A DNA stretch of 64,000 nt from Hoeflea sp. (GTDB lineage: Bacteria; Pseudomonadota; Alphaproteobacteria; Rhizobiales; Rhizobiaceae). The notes beneath the pieces were generated by a model. That model was not told the DNA's origin. It saw only the letters and a program-made list of their open reading frames with translations, and did no database searches. Of this stretch, positions 9,199-19,063 are shown piece by piece. Positions within the stretch are counted from its first letter, which is position 1. Each line of letters starts with the position of its first letter. The stretch covers positions 6,731 through 70,730 of the forward strand of contig PANK01000012.1 in the NCBI GenBank assembly GCA_002707605.1, in the 5' to 3' direction. Both the position numbers and the translations under genes were made by a program.

Positions 9199-10440
9199 TC
9201 ACAGCCGCCCCCATGCCTGGTGGATCAGTCCCTGAATCTCGAAGTTCACGGCATCCATGCTGTCGATTGCACGATCGTAAGTATCCCGATTGAAGTTCGA
9301 TCGCTCGACCTCATAGAGCGTCTGCTTGGTGAGGCCGGCGTCGGAAATCGCCGTGGATTTGAGCATCGGGTTCTTCAGGATTTCCTCGGCAAGCATCGAC
9401 TGCATGAAGCCGACCATCTGCGCCTGGGGAATGTCCGTGGGCTCGTATCGGGTGATGAGATAGCGCAGCCAGTCCAGCTGAACCTGCGCGCCAGCATTCT
9501 TGATCGACTTCATGATATTGCCCAGCATCAGCAGAAACTGACTCATGGACATCAGGTCCAGCATCTGCGGATGGACTGTAATCAGAACCGAGGTGGCGGC
9601 CGAGAGTGCCGAGAGCGTCAGATAGCCAAGCTGCGGAGGGCAATCGACGACCACGACGTCATAACGGTCACTGACCGAATCCAACGCCTTGGCGACCCTC
9701 GTGAAGAACCGCTTTCCTTCTTGAGACGGAGACTGCATCGCAAGCGGCGTCTCGTACTCATATTCCTGCAGTTCTAGGTTCGCCGGGATGATGTCGAGCA
9801 ACGGGAAGTTCGTCTTGCGAATAACGTCTTCGACCGGAGCGGCGTCATCATACCGGATCGCATCGTAGAGCGAGGGGTTTTTGTCGAGCTCGGGCTGGAA
9901 ACCATGGAGGGCCGATAGCGAAGCCTGCGGATCAAGATCCACAGTCAGGACCCTGTGACCCGTGAGCGCAAGGTGCTGCGCGAGATGTGCCGTAGTGGTG
10001 GTTTTTCCCGACCCGCCCTTGAAATTGACGACCGCAATGACCTGCAGCTTTTCGCCGGGTTTGCGGTAGGGCACATACTTTTTGGAATCCGATCGCCCGT
10101 GCTTATCGAGATAGTCCCGAAGCTCGGTCATCTGCTCGGCCGAGTAAAAGCGCCGTCCGCCGGCAACGACGAACGGCTCGGGGCCTTTCTTCTCGAGATG
10201 GAGGCGTTTCAGATTGTTTGGACTGATCCCGAGATAGTGGGCGACCTCGGCCATCGAGAACCGCCGAAGCGTCTTCTGCCCTTCGGTCGGAAACTTCTCG
10301 ACCCTCAGTTGGTCGAGCTTGCGCGAGATCTCGGCCCCTTGGGCGAGGATCTTGTCGTCAAACTCAAAACTTGGGAGAAATGCCATCTCCGCTTTGTCCC
10401 CCGAACGAGAAAATAGCGCCATATTCGGCCATACGGCCAA
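9199..10440 (-). CDS. repA: Partitioning ATPase RepA (ParA-like). The start may be one of several nearby Met codons.
   Basis: Deviant Walker A VNFKGGSGKTTT, followed by VDLDPQASLS, and first in the repABC order. Confidence 0.9.
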   Translation of the reverse strand: MAVWPNMALFSRSGDKAEMAFLPSFEFDDKILAQGAEISRKLDQLRVEKFPTEGQKTLRRFSMAEVAHYLGISPNNLKRLHLEKKGPEPFVVAGGRRFYSAEQMTELRDYLDKHGRSDSKKYVPYRKPGEKLQVIAVVNFKGGSGKTTTTAHLAQHLALTGHRVLTVDLDPQASLSALHGFQPELDKNPSLYDAIRYDDAAPVEDVIRKTNFPLLDIIPANLELQEYEYETPLAMQSPSQEGKRFFTRVAKALDSVSDRYDVVVVDCPPQLGYLTLSALSAATSVLITVHPQMLDLMSMSQFLLMLGNIMKSIKNAGAQVQLDWLRYLITRYEPTDIPQAQMVGFMQSMLAEEILKNPMLKSTAISDAGLTKQTLYEVERSNFNRDTYDRAIDSMDAVNFEIQGLIHQAWGRL

Positions 10441-10509
10441 TCTGGCGCCAGTATGAGCGATTCCCGTTCTCTGGCAAGCGATTTTAGGTTAACAGAAGGT
10501 TTCCAGAAG

Positions 10510-10560
10510 GGCGACCAAGATCGGCGGCAGCCTTGATCTTGGCGGCCTTTTTGCTTTTCT
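10510..10560 (+). terminator. Plus-strand intrinsic-terminator-like hairpin in the repA upstream region
   Basis: GGCGACCAAGATC (10510-10522) pairs with GATCTTGGCGGCC (10535-10547) with a 2x2 internal mismatch. TTTTTGCTTTTCT follows immediately. Confidence 0.4.
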
Positions 10561-10608
10561 CTCAGTGACTTAACAACTTTGCCTGATGATACCTGGAGCA
10601 AATCCTGG

Positions 10609-10626
10609 CCCGGCAGAATTGCCGGG
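10609..10626. promoter_or_regulatory. 18-bp palindrome CCCGGCAGAATTGCCGGG (candidate LuxR/TraR-type box)
   Basis: Arms CCCGGCA/TGCCGGG are perfect. It lies in the repA-trbB divergent region and is the exact reverse complement of the site at 10705-10722. Confidence 0.4.
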
Positions 10627-10704
10627 GCCGAACCCGGCCGTTGGGCCCTGGGAAAGCAAATATCCTCCAATCCGCCGTCCAGAAGCCGACTCACCCCAAC
10701 CGAA

Positions 10705-10722
10705 CCCGGCAATTCTGCCGGG
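10705..10722. promoter_or_regulatory. 18-bp palindrome CCCGGCAATTCTGCCGGG (candidate LuxR/TraR-type box)
   Basis: Mirror copy of 10609-10626, centred about 154 bp upstream of the trbB ATG. Confidence 0.4.
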
Positions 10723-10867
10723 CTGACGGAACGAAGTCATCCATGATCGAAAGAGCCCGTCAATCGCATTGGTGGGACAGATACATGCCATGGAGACGAG
10801 AGTGGTGCGGAGCCGCTCGATACGACACAACTGCGTCTAGCGAGGTCCGGTTTCCGGAAGGTGCCCG

Positions 10868-11839
10868 ATGAGCCGAGCACCGTCACACGACCGGCTCGTG
10901 CGCAAACTTACGGACGCACTCGGAGAGGCGATCTGCCAGGCGCTCGACGATCCGCTGGTCGTCGAGATCATGCTCAATCCGGATGCCCGGCTGTTCGTTG
11001 AACGGTTGGGGCAGGGGGTCGAGCCCATTGGTGAGCTCGCGCCCGGCGCCGCCGAAATCATTATCGGCAGCGTGGCCCATGCGCTGCAGACCGAGGTGGA
11101 TGCGAGCCAGCCGATCATCTCGGGCGAACTCCCGATCGGCGGGCACCGCTTCGAGGGTCTGCTCCCACCAATCGTCGCTGCGCCCACGTTCACCATTCGA
11201 AGGCGGGCATCCCGGCTCATTCCGCTCGAGGAATATGTGCGCGCAGGAATCATGACCCACCGCCAGGCAACCGTGCTGCGGAGCGCCGTTGCCTCGCGCA
11301 TGAACATCGTGATCAGCGGCGGAACCGGATCGGGCAAGACTACGCTTGCCAACGCAGTGATTGCTGAGATCGTCGCCCGGTCGCCCGATGACCGTCTGGT
11401 CATCCTGGAAGACACCGCGGAAATCCAGTGCGCCGCCGAGAACGCGGTTGCCCTTCATACCAGCGACACAGTGGACATGGCCCGGCTTCTCAAGAGCACG
11501 ATGCGGCTGAGGCCGGACCGGATCATTGTCGGCGAGGTTCGCGACGGTGCCGCGCTCACCCTCATCAAGGCATGGAATACCGGCCACCCGGGCGGCGTGA
11601 CGACTATTCATGCCGACAGCGCCATCTCCGCGCTTCGCCGCCTCGAGCAATTGACCGCAGAGGTCAGCCAGCAGCCGATGCGAGAAGTGATCGGTGAAGC
11701 CGTCGACCTCGTCGTTTCGATCGAACGCGCCGGCCACGGGCGGCGGGTGCGTGATGTCATGTATGTCACCGGCTTCGACGGCGCGCGCTACGCGACAGAT
11801 CACCATCCCCAGATCGACGAGGAAAGTCATGCCGCGTAA
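10868..11839 (+). CDS. trbB: T4SS ATPase TrbB (VirB11-like)
   Basis: Walker [13 protein letters not shown], and first gene of the trb order. Confidence 0.9.
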   Translation: MSRAPSHDRLVRKLTDALGEAICQALDDPLVVEIMLNPDARLFVERLGQGVEPIGELAPGAAEIIIGSVAHALQTEVDASQPIISGELPIGGHRFEGLLPPIVAAPTFTIRRRASRLIPLEEYVRAGIMTHRQATVLRSAVASRMNIVISGGTGSGKTTLANAVIAEIVARSPDDRLVILEDTAEIQCAAENAVALHTSDTVDMARLLKSTMRLRPDRIIVGEVRDGAALTLIKAWNTGHPGGVTTIHADSAISALRRLEQLTAEVSQQPMREVIGEAVDLVVSIERAGHGRRVRDVMYVTGFDGARYATDHHPQIDEESHAA

Positions 11840-12206
11840 CAGCCGCGCTCTGGCCGCCATCCCGGTTGCGGCAACGCTCCTACTTGTCGCTCTTGCAACG
11901 CCGGCGCTCGCCTCAAGTGGCGGCGGTCTGCCCTGGGAGGGGCCGCTCCAGCAGATACAGCAATCGATCACCGGTCCGGTTGCGGGGTTCATCGCGCTGG
12001 CCGCCGTTGCGGTCGCAGGCGGCATGCTCATCTTTGGCGGAGAGCTCAACGATTTCGCGCGCCGGCTGATGTATGTCGTGTTGGTCGCCGGCATCCTCCT
12101 CGGCGCCACGCAGATCGTTGGCCTATTCGGCGCGAGCGGCGCCTCGATCGGCTATCCGGCCGACGAGGCGCCGCCGGCCGGGGCAGGGGAGGGGAGCGAT
12201 GGCTGA
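11829..12206 (+). CDS. trbC: TrbC pilin-like protein
   Basis: Internal start [28 protein letters not shown] (signal peptide) followed by two hydrophobic helices. It overlaps the trbB stop. Confidence 0.8.
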   Translation: MPRNSRALAAIPVAATLLLVALATPALASSGGGLPWEGPLQQIQQSITGPVAGFIALAAVAVAGGMLIFGGELNDFARRLMYVVLVAGILLGATQIVGLFGASGASIGYPADEAPPAGAGEGSDG

Positions 12207-12498
12207 GCCAGGCGTTGCTCTCACACGATCCCGCATCCATCGGGCGCTTTCGCGCCCGAACCATTTGATGGGGGCCGATCGGGAGCTGGTGTTGCTGACC
12301 GGTCTTGCCGCGGTGATCCTGATCTTCGTGGTCCTGACGTGGTTTTCCGTGCTGCTCGGGATCGCTATCTGGACCGCCGTGTTGGCTGCGCTTCGCATGA
12401 TGGCCAAAGCCGATCCGATGATGCGGCAGGTCTATCTGCGCCATATTCGCTACCGCGCGGGCTACCGTCCGACCGCCTCACCATGGCGGAGGCCCTGA
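12199..12498 (+). CDS. trbD: TrbD (VirB3-like)
   Basis: Start [30 protein letters not shown] overlaps the trbC stop (ATGGCTGA). It is a short membrane protein. Confidence 0.85.
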   Translation: MAEPGVALTRSRIHRALSRPNHLMGADRELVLLTGLAAVILIFVVLTWFSVLLGIAIWTAVLAALRMMAKADPMMRQVYLRHIRYRAGYRPTASPWRRP

Positions 12499-14951
12499 CT
12501 GGAATGGTCGCGCTTCGTCAGTTCCGCAACACCCGGCCGTCCTTCTCCGACCTTCTGCCCTATGCGGGCCTGGTCGACGACGGCGTGATCCTGCTCAAGG
12601 ATGGGTCGGTGATGGCCGGCTGGTATTTTGCCGGCCCGGACTCGGAAAGCTCGACCAATCTCGAGCGCAATGAGGTGTCGAGGCAGATCAACACGATTCT
12701 GTCCCGGTTCGGCTCGGGCTGGATGATCCAGGTCGAGGCGGTGCGCATCCCCACCGTCGCCTATCCCGCACGCGAGGACTGTCATTTCCCTGAGCCTGTG
12801 ACACGCGCGATCGACAACGAACGCCGGGCGCATTTCGAGGCCGAAAGCGGGCATTACGAGAGCCAGCACGCGATCATTCTCACTTACCGGCCGCCCGAAC
12901 GACGGCGGTCGGGCCTCGCACGCTATGTCTATTCTGACAGTGACAGCCGCTCGGAGACCTACGCCGATGTGGTCCTGGAGACCTTCCGCACGTCAATCCG
13001 CGAGTTCGAGCAGTATCTGGCCAATGTGCTTTCGATCCGGCGCATGGTGACGCGCACGGTCGCCGACCCTGAGACCGGCCGCGAGATCCAGTACGATGAA
13101 CTCTTCCAGTTCATCCGGTTCTGCATCGTGGGAGAGAGCCATCCGGTTCGACTGCCGGCGATCCCGATGTATCTCGACTGGCTGGCCACGGCCGAGTTCC
13201 ACCATGGCCTCTCGCCGGTGGTCGACGGGCGGTATCTGGCCGTCGTCGCGATCGACGGGCTTCCGGCCGAGAGCTGGCCGGGCATTCTCAATTCGCTCGA
13301 CCTGATGCCGCTCACTTACCGGTGGTCGAGCCGCTTCATTTTCCTCGACGACCAGGAAGCGCGTGCAAAGCTCGAACGCACCCGCAAGAAATGGCAGCAG
13401 AAGGTGCGGCCGTTTTTCGACCAGCTTTTCCAGACCCAGAGCCGCGCGGTCGACCAGGACGCCATGACGATGGTCGCCGAGGCCGAGGACGCCATTGCCG
13501 AGGCCTCTTCCCAGCTCGTCGCCTTTGGCTATTACACACCGGTGATCGTCCTCTTCGATACCGACGACGCGCGGTTGCGCGACCAGGCCGAGGCGGTGCG
13601 CCGGCTTGTCCAGGCCGAAGGGTTCGGCGCGCGCATCGAGACACTCAATGCGACCGAAGCCTATCTCGGCAGCCTGCCGGGCATCACCTATGCCAATGTC
13701 CGCGAACCGCTCGTCAACACGCGCAATCTGGCGGACCTCATTCCTCTCAACTCGGTCTGGTCAGGCAGCACGACCGCGCCGTGCCCGTTCTATCCGACCG
13801 GATCCCCACCCTTGATGCAGGTCGCTTCGGGCTCGACGCCCTTCCGGCTGAACCTTCATGTCGACGATGTAGGGCATACGCTCGTGTTCGGTCCGACCGG
13901 TTCGGGCAAGTCGACATTGCTCGCGCTGATTGCGGCCCAGTTTCGCCGCTACGAGAACGCGCAGATCTTCGCCTTCGACAAGGGCCGGTCCCTGCGCCCG
14001 CTCACGATCGCCGCGGAGGGCGATCATTATGAGGTCGGGGCAGGGGAGGGGACTTCCCTGTCGTTCTGCCCGCTGGCCGAGTTGTCGACCGAGGGAGATC
14101 GGGCCTGGGCAAGCGAATGGATCGAGACGCTGATCGCTATGCAAGGTGTTGCGATCACACCAGATCATCGCAACGCGATCTCGCGGCAGGTCGGCCTCAT
14201 GGCGTCGGCGCGCGGCCGCTCGCTCTCGGATTTCGTGAGCGGCGTTCAGATGCGCGAGATCAAGGACGCGCTCCACCACTACACCGTCGACGGGCCGATG
14301 GGGCAATTGCTCGACGCCGAAGAGGACGGGCTGGCGCTCGGCTCGTTCCAGACCTTCGAAATCGAGGAGCTGATGAACATGGGCGAGCGCAATCTCGTGC
14401 CCGTGCTCCTCTATCTCTTCCGCAGGATCGAAAAACGCCTGACGGGCGCGCCCAGTCTCATCGTTCTCGACGAGGCCTGGCTGATGCTCGGCCATCCCAC
14501 CTTCAGGGACAAGATCAGGGAGTGGCTCAAAGTGCTGCGCAAGGCGAACTGCGCCGTGCTGCTCGCCACACAGTCGATCTCCGACGCCGAACGCTCGGGC
14601 ATCATCGACGTGCTCAAGGAAAGCTGTCCGACCAAGATCTGTCTGCCGAACGGCGCCGCCCGCGAGCCGGGCACGCGCGAATTTTATGAGCGCATCGGCT
14701 TCAACGAGCGCCAGATCGAGATCGTCGCGACCGCGACGCCGAAGCGCGAATACTACGTCGCGAGCTCCGAGGGCAGGCGGCTTTTCGACATGTCGCTGGG
14801 CCCGGTCGCGCTCGCCTTCGCAGGAGCCTCGGGCAAGGAAGACCTTAAACGCATCGATCAGCTGCACAGGGATCATGGTTCGGAATGGCCGGCTGCGTGG
14901 CTTATGGAAAGGGGGGTCGGCAATGCCGAAGCCATTCTCACACGCGATTAG
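12483..14951 (+). CDS. trbE: TrbE (VirB4-like ATPase). The start is ATG 12483 or 12504.
   Basis: Walker A GPTGSGKST, then VLDEAW, about 820 aa. Confidence 0.9.
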   Translation: MAEALTGMVALRQFRNTRPSFSDLLPYAGLVDDGVILLKDGSVMAGWYFAGPDSESSTNLERNEVSRQINTILSRFGSGWMIQVEAVRIPTVAYPAREDCHFPEPVTRAIDNERRAHFEAESGHYESQHAIILTYRPPERRRSGLARYVYSDSDSRSETYADVVLETFRTSIREFEQYLANVLSIRRMVTRTVADPETGREIQYDELFQFIRFCIVGESHPVRLPAIPMYLDWLATAEFHHGLSPVVDGRYLAVVAIDGLPAESWPGILNSLDLMPLTYRWSSRFIFLDDQEARAKLERTRKKWQQKVRPFFDQLFQTQSRAVDQDAMTMVAEAEDAIAEASSQLVAFGYYTPVIVLFDTDDARLRDQAEAVRRLVQAEGFGARIETLNATEAYLGSLPGITYANVREPLVNTRNLADLIPLNSVWSGSTTAPCPFYPTGSPPLMQVASGSTPFRLNLHVDDVGHTLVFGPTGSGKSTLLALIAAQFRRYENAQIFAFDKGRSLRPLTIAAEGDHYEVGAGEGTSLSFCPLAELSTEGDRAWASEWIETLIAMQGVAITPDHRNAISRQVGLMASARGRSLSDFVSGVQMREIKDALHHYTVDGPMGQLLDAEEDGLALGSFQTFEIEELMNMGERNLVPVLLYLFRRIEKRLTGAPSLIVLDEAWLMLGHPTFRDKIREWLKVLRKANCAVLLATQSISDAERSGIIDVLKESCPTKICLPNGAAREPGTREFYERIGFNERQIEIVATATPKREYYVASSEGRRLFDMSLGPVALAFAGASGKEDLKRIDQLHRDHGSEWPAAWLMERGVGNAEAILTRD

Positions 14952-15723
14952 GATCACGGCCGCCTCTATGGTAGGCGCGTGTCTGGTTCTACCGGGGCCG
15001 GCTCATGCCGGCGCCGTAACCGGGAACGCAACCGAATGGACCCAGCTCCTCAACAACGCCGAGCTGGTGGGGCTTACGGGGCAGTCGGCCGAGCAGATCC
15101 AGAACCAGATCACGCAGATCACGCAACTCTCCGAGCAAATCCAGAATCAGCTCCGCATCTACGAGAACATGCTGCAGAACACCCTACAGCTTCCCGACCA
15201 CGTCTGGGGTCAGGTTGAAGCCGACCTCATGCAGCTCCAGAACCTCGTCAATCAGGGCGAGGGCATCGCCTTTGCGATGGGCAATATCGACGACGTTCTC
15301 AATCAGCGCTTCGAGAGCTTCGCGGATTTCGAGACGGGGCTCGCCAACGGAGAGGATTTCTCCTCGAGCTATCAGTCGTGGTCGGACACCAATCGCGAGA
15401 CGATTTCGGCCACGCTGCGGGCGGCCGGACTGACGGCCGATCAGTTCGCCAGCGAAGAGGCGACGATGAGTCAGCTTCGCTCGATGTCGCAGAGCTCCGT
15501 CGGACAGATGCAGGCACTTCAGGTCGGCCACCAGATTGCCGCGCAACAGGTGGCGCAGACACAGAAGCTGCGCGGTCTCGTCTCCCAGCAGATTACGATG
15601 ATGGCGACCTGGCACAGTTCAGAACAGGCCGCAAAGGATCTCGCGCAAACACGCCGCGAGGACTTCTTCAACTCGAACGCGCCGTCGACATCGGGCGGCC
15701 AGGTGATGGAGCCGCGCTGGTGA
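14923..15723 (+). CDS. trbJ: TrbJ
   Basis: Start MPKPFSHAIRITAASMVGACLVLPGPAHA (signal peptide), followed by Q-rich coiled coil. Confidence 0.85.
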   Translation: MPKPFSHAIRITAASMVGACLVLPGPAHAGAVTGNATEWTQLLNNAELVGLTGQSAEQIQNQITQITQLSEQIQNQLRIYENMLQNTLQLPDHVWGQVEADLMQLQNLVNQGEGIAFAMGNIDDVLNQRFESFADFETGLANGEDFSSSYQSWSDTNRETISATLRAAGLTADQFASEEATMSQLRSMSQSSVGQMQALQVGHQIAAQQVAQTQKLRGLVSQQITMMATWHSSEQAAKDLAQTRREDFFNSNAPSTSGGQVMEPRW

Positions 15724-15929
15724 CGAGAACACTTATTATCGTGGCGGCAGCCACTGTGGTTGTCGGAATCGCCGTTGCGATCTGGTTCGTACCGAACCTT
15801 GGCGGGGCACCGGACGGGGCACGCAGAGTCCTCGACACACCCACTGATTACGACACCACCGGCGGGCAGGAGATGCGGCCGCGCTGGGGCAACGGAGAGG
15901 GGCAGGGCGATGAGGCCCCCGAGAACTAA
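15720..15929 (+). CDS. Small TrbK-alt-like entry-exclusion candidate (GTG start overlapping the trbJ stop)
   Basis: VTRTLIIVAAATVVVGIAVAIWFVP gives a single TM helix. The gene sits in the trbJ-trbL slot and overlaps both neighbours. Confidence 0.5.
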   Translation: MTRTLIIVAAATVVVGIAVAIWFVPNLGGAPDGARRVLDTPTDYDTTGGQEMRPRWGNGEGQGDEAPEN

Positions 15930-17076
15930 ACTCGCCCTTGCCGTATTCCTCGGGGCCCTGCTTCTTCTCCAGCCCGCCCTTGCACAGGATGGCTCGCTCC
16001 TCACGACGCTGGAAAACGAGGTCGCGGACGCCGCGCAGGGTTGGGAGACGACCGTCATGCAGGCGGCGCGCTCGCTGTTCTGGATCCTTGCCGGCATCGA
16101 GGTTGGCATCGCCGCGGTCTGGCTGGCGCTCGGCGCAGCATCGCTCGACACATGGTTCGCCGAGCTGGTGCGGCGCATCATGTTCATCGGTCTGTTCGTC
16201 TTCATCCTTGAGCAGGGGCCGGATTTCGCACGGGCAATGGTCGACAGCCTGTTCCAGATCGGCGCCGGGGGCGGCTCGGCTTCGCCGGCGAACGTCTTCA
16301 ATGCGGGCCTGCAGGTCGCCAGCCAGATGTCGGAGAAGGCGCAGTTCGGACTGTTCGAGGACAATGCGCTGGCGATCGCGGCCGTCTTCGCCATGGTGAT
16401 CGTCGTCATTGCCTTCAGCCTGGTGGCCGCGATCTTCGTGGCCGTGATGGCCGAGATGTATGTCGGCCTGCTTGCCGGCATGATCATGCTGGGTCTCGGC
16501 GGCTCGAGCTTCACCAAGGATTTCGCGGTCCGCTATCTCGTCTACGCGTTCTCCGTCGGCATGAAGCTGATGGCACTGGTGATGATCGCGCGCATCGGTT
16601 CCGAGGTCCTCATCGGCCTTGCCAACTCCCCTTCGGGCGCCGACGAGTTTCTGTCCACCCTGGCCATCGGCGGCATTTCCGTCGTGGTGTTCGTCATCGC
16701 CATGTACGTGCCCAACATCGTCCAGGGCGTCGTGCAGGGGGTGTCGGTGACCGGCGGCATGGAGACAATCCGCCACGGCGGTCAGGCGGCGACCATGGCC
16801 GCTGGCGGCGCCGCGCTGGCCTGGGGCGGGGCAAGGGCAGGGGCCTCGGCCTATTCCGATGCACGGGCGGCCGGCAGCTCGTTTGGCGCGGCCGCGCTCA
16901 AGGGCATGACCAGCGGCGCGAGCGCGGCCGGCTCCGCGCTCGCCTCGGCCGGGCGGGACAAGGCGATCGGCGTTCCCGGCACCTGGGGCGCATCGACGCT
17001 CGGCCTCGCCAATTCCAAGCTCGATCAGAGCCAGGGCCGCCCCACCACCAGAAAATCAGCAGACGATAAGGCGTGA
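15910..17076 (+). CDS. trbL: TrbL (VirB6-like)
   Basis: Start MRPPRTKLALAVFLGALLLLQPALA, multiple TM segments, and an Ala/Gly-rich tail. Confidence 0.85.
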   Translation: MRPPRTKLALAVFLGALLLLQPALAQDGSLLTTLENEVADAAQGWETTVMQAARSLFWILAGIEVGIAAVWLALGAASLDTWFAELVRRIMFIGLFVFILEQGPDFARAMVDSLFQIGAGGGSASPANVFNAGLQVASQMSEKAQFGLFEDNALAIAAVFAMVIVVIAFSLVAAIFVAVMAEMYVGLLAGMIMLGLGGSSFTKDFAVRYLVYAFSVGMKLMALVMIARIGSEVLIGLANSPSGADEFLSTLAIGGISVVVFVIAMYVPNIVQGVVQGVSVTGGMETIRHGGQAATMAAGGAALAWGGARAGASAYSDARAAGSSFGAAALKGMTSGASAAGSALASAGRDKAIGVPGTWGASTLGLANSKLDQSQGRPTTRKSADDKA

Positions 17077-17084
17077 CGTAGACC

Positions 17085-17747
17085 ATGGCCGCAAAGAGCC
17101 CACCGGAAAATCCCTACCTTGCCGCACGCCAGGAATGGAACGAGCGCTACGGCTCGTATGTGAAAGCGGCCGCGTCCTGGCGCATCGTCGGCGTGACCGG
17201 GATGCTGATGGCGGTGATCGGCTTCTCCTATGCGCTGTATCAGAGCACACAGGTGCAGCTGGTGCCCTATATCGTGGAAGTCGATCGGCTCGGCACGGCG
17301 GCGAGCGCCGGCTTCCCGCAACAGATCGAATATGCCGACCCGCGCGTGGTGCGTGCCACGCTCGGCAGCTTCGTCAGCAATTTCCGCTCGGTCACGCCCG
17401 ATGCCGTGGTGCAGAAGCGGTATATCGACCGCACCTATGCGCATTTGCGCACGGCCGATCCGGCGACGGAGAAGGTCAACGCCTGGTTCCGAGGTAACTC
17501 TCCGTTCGACCGCGCCCGCACGATGACGGTGGCCATTGAGGTCACGAACATCGTGCCGCTCTCCAACCAGAGCTATCAGGTCGACTGGACGGAATATGAG
17601 CGCGACCGGCAGGGCAGGGAACAGGACGTAAAGCGGTTTCGGGGCGTCGCCACGGTCACGCTCACCCCACCCCAGGACGAAGCGGTCATCCGCCTCAACC
17701 CGATCGGCCTTTACCTCAGAGATTTCGACTGGACGGCGCAGCTGTGA
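17085..17747 (+). CDS. trbF: TrbF (VirB8-like)
   Basis: [15 protein letters not shown] motif, single TM helix, and position in the operon. Confidence 0.9.
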   Translation: MAAKSPPENPYLAARQEWNERYGSYVKAAASWRIVGVTGMLMAVIGFSYALYQSTQVQLVPYIVEVDRLGTAASAGFPQQIEYADPRVVRATLGSFVSNFRSVTPDAVVQKRYIDRTYAHLRTADPATEKVNAWFRGNSPFDRARTMTVAIEVTNIVPLSNQSYQVDWTEYERDRQGREQDVKRFRGVATVTLTPPQDEAVIRLNPIGLYLRDFDWTAQL

Positions 17748-18592
17748 GTGCCCGGAGGACCCCTTTCATGAATTTTTCCAAATTCCGGAGCGCAGCAATT
17801 TGCACCGGACTTGTTTTCTCGACGATTGCAGTGTCGGCCATGGCGCAGCCCCTGAGTGTCAACGAACAGCGCGGCACGAGCATTTCCGGCCAGTGGCAGC
17901 AAGGGCAGGGGGTCGTGACGCGCGGCCCCGACGGTAAGGTCATCTTCCTCTTCGGCCAAGTTCAGCCTTCGGTGGTCTGCTCGCCGCTGCAGGTGTGCGA
18001 CATCGAACTCCAGCCGGGCGAAATCGTGCGCGACGTGCTGCTCGGCGACACTGTGCGCTGGAAGGTCGAACCGGCGACGTCGGGCGCGCCGGGCAGCCAG
18101 GCAGTGCATCTGATCGTCAAACCATCGGAACCCGGCCTCGTCACCTCGATGGTGGTGACGACCTCGCGGCGCACCTACCACATCCAGCTCAAGTCCCATC
18201 AGACGAATTACATGGCGCGGGTGGGTTTCGAATATCCCGAAGACGTCAATGCCCGCTTTGCCGAGATTGCCACGCGCATGGAGGCGAGCATCGTGCCCGG
18301 CGCAGGCGTGCCGGCCGAGCAACTCAATTTCTCGTTTCGTGTGAGCGGAACGGCGCGGTGGCGGCCGACCCGCATCTACAGCGACGGCCAGAAAACCTAC
18401 ATCCAGTTCCCCTCGTCGCTGTCGGGCCAGGATGCGCCGGTGTTGTTCGTGGTTTCCGGCGGCGAGAACCGGATCGTCAACTACCGCATGAACGGCACCA
18501 TGATGGTGGTCGACTATTACATCGATAGCGCGATCCTCGTCTCGGGCGTTGGGCGCGACCAGGAAAAACTCACCATCAGGCGGGGAGGGTAG
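17744..18592 (+). CDS. trbG: TrbG (VirB9-like)
   Basis: Signal peptide, then [25 protein letters not shown]. It overlaps trbF by 4 nt. Confidence 0.9.
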   Translation: MSARRTPFMNFSKFRSAAICTGLVFSTIAVSAMAQPLSVNEQRGTSISGQWQQGQGVVTRGPDGKVIFLFGQVQPSVVCSPLQVCDIELQPGEIVRDVLLGDTVRWKVEPATSGAPGSQAVHLIVKPSEPGLVTSMVVTTSRRTYHIQLKSHQTNYMARVGFEYPEDVNARFAEIATRMEASIVPGAGVPAEQLNFSFRVSGTARWRPTRIYSDGQKTYIQFPSSLSGQDAPVLFVVSGGENRIVNYRMNGTMMVVDYYIDSAILVSGVGRDQEKLTIRRGG

Positions 18593-18595
18593 GGT

Positions 18596-19063
18596 ATGCA
18601 CCGTTCGATTTTCCTACCTCGCCTGGTGGCTTTCGTGCTGTGCGCCGCATCGCTGGTCGGGTGCCAGACACTGGGCGGTGCGGGTCTCGTCGCGAGTTCG
18701 GCAACCGCGCAGCTCACCCCGGAGGCGGCGTCCTCGATCGCCGGGGATATGGTCGGGCGGTTTGCCGAGCAGGTCGGTCCAGGCACGACGACGATCCAGC
18801 TTAAGCCGGACGGCTCCATATTCGGCGAGGCGCTCGAGTCTTCGCTCAGGGAATGGGGCTATGCCGTCGCCACGGACCAGGCGACGGAGGGGACGACTAC
18901 CGTTGCCCTCGCTTATGTCGTCGACACGTTCGAGGGCAGCATCCTGGTCCGGTTGTCGACCCACGCGCTCGACCTCACGCGCATGTACCAGCTGGGCGGG
19001 GAGGGGGCGACGCCAATCTCGCCGCTCTCGATCATGCAGCGCGATGGAAGGGAGCCGTCATGA
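18596..19063 (+). CDS. trbH: TrbH lipoprotein
   Basis: Lipobox LVGC after a signal sequence, and position between trbG and trbI. Confidence 0.75.
   Translation: MHRSIFLPRLVAFVLCAASLVGCQTLGGAGLVASSATAQLTPEAASSIAGDMVGRFAEQVGPGTTTIQLKPDGSIFGEALESSLREWGYAVATDQATEGTTTVALAYVVDTFEGSILVRLSTHALDLTRMYQLGGEGATPISPLSIMQRDGREPS

Noticed and set aside
10883-12109. 408-aa minus-strand ORF
   Set aside because: It is antisense to trbB/trbC and its composition is R/A/G/P-rich. This is a typical shadow ORF of GC-rich coding DNA, and the plus-strand genes have clear family motifs.
13761-14957. 398-aa minus-strand ORF
   Set aside because: It is antisense to trbE, a shadow ORF with no recognisable motifs.
15519-16776. 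Two overlapping minus-strand ORFs of 332 and 346 aa
   Set aside because: Both are antisense to trbL. They have extreme R/H/D/G or S/A/R composition and are mutually exclusive frames.
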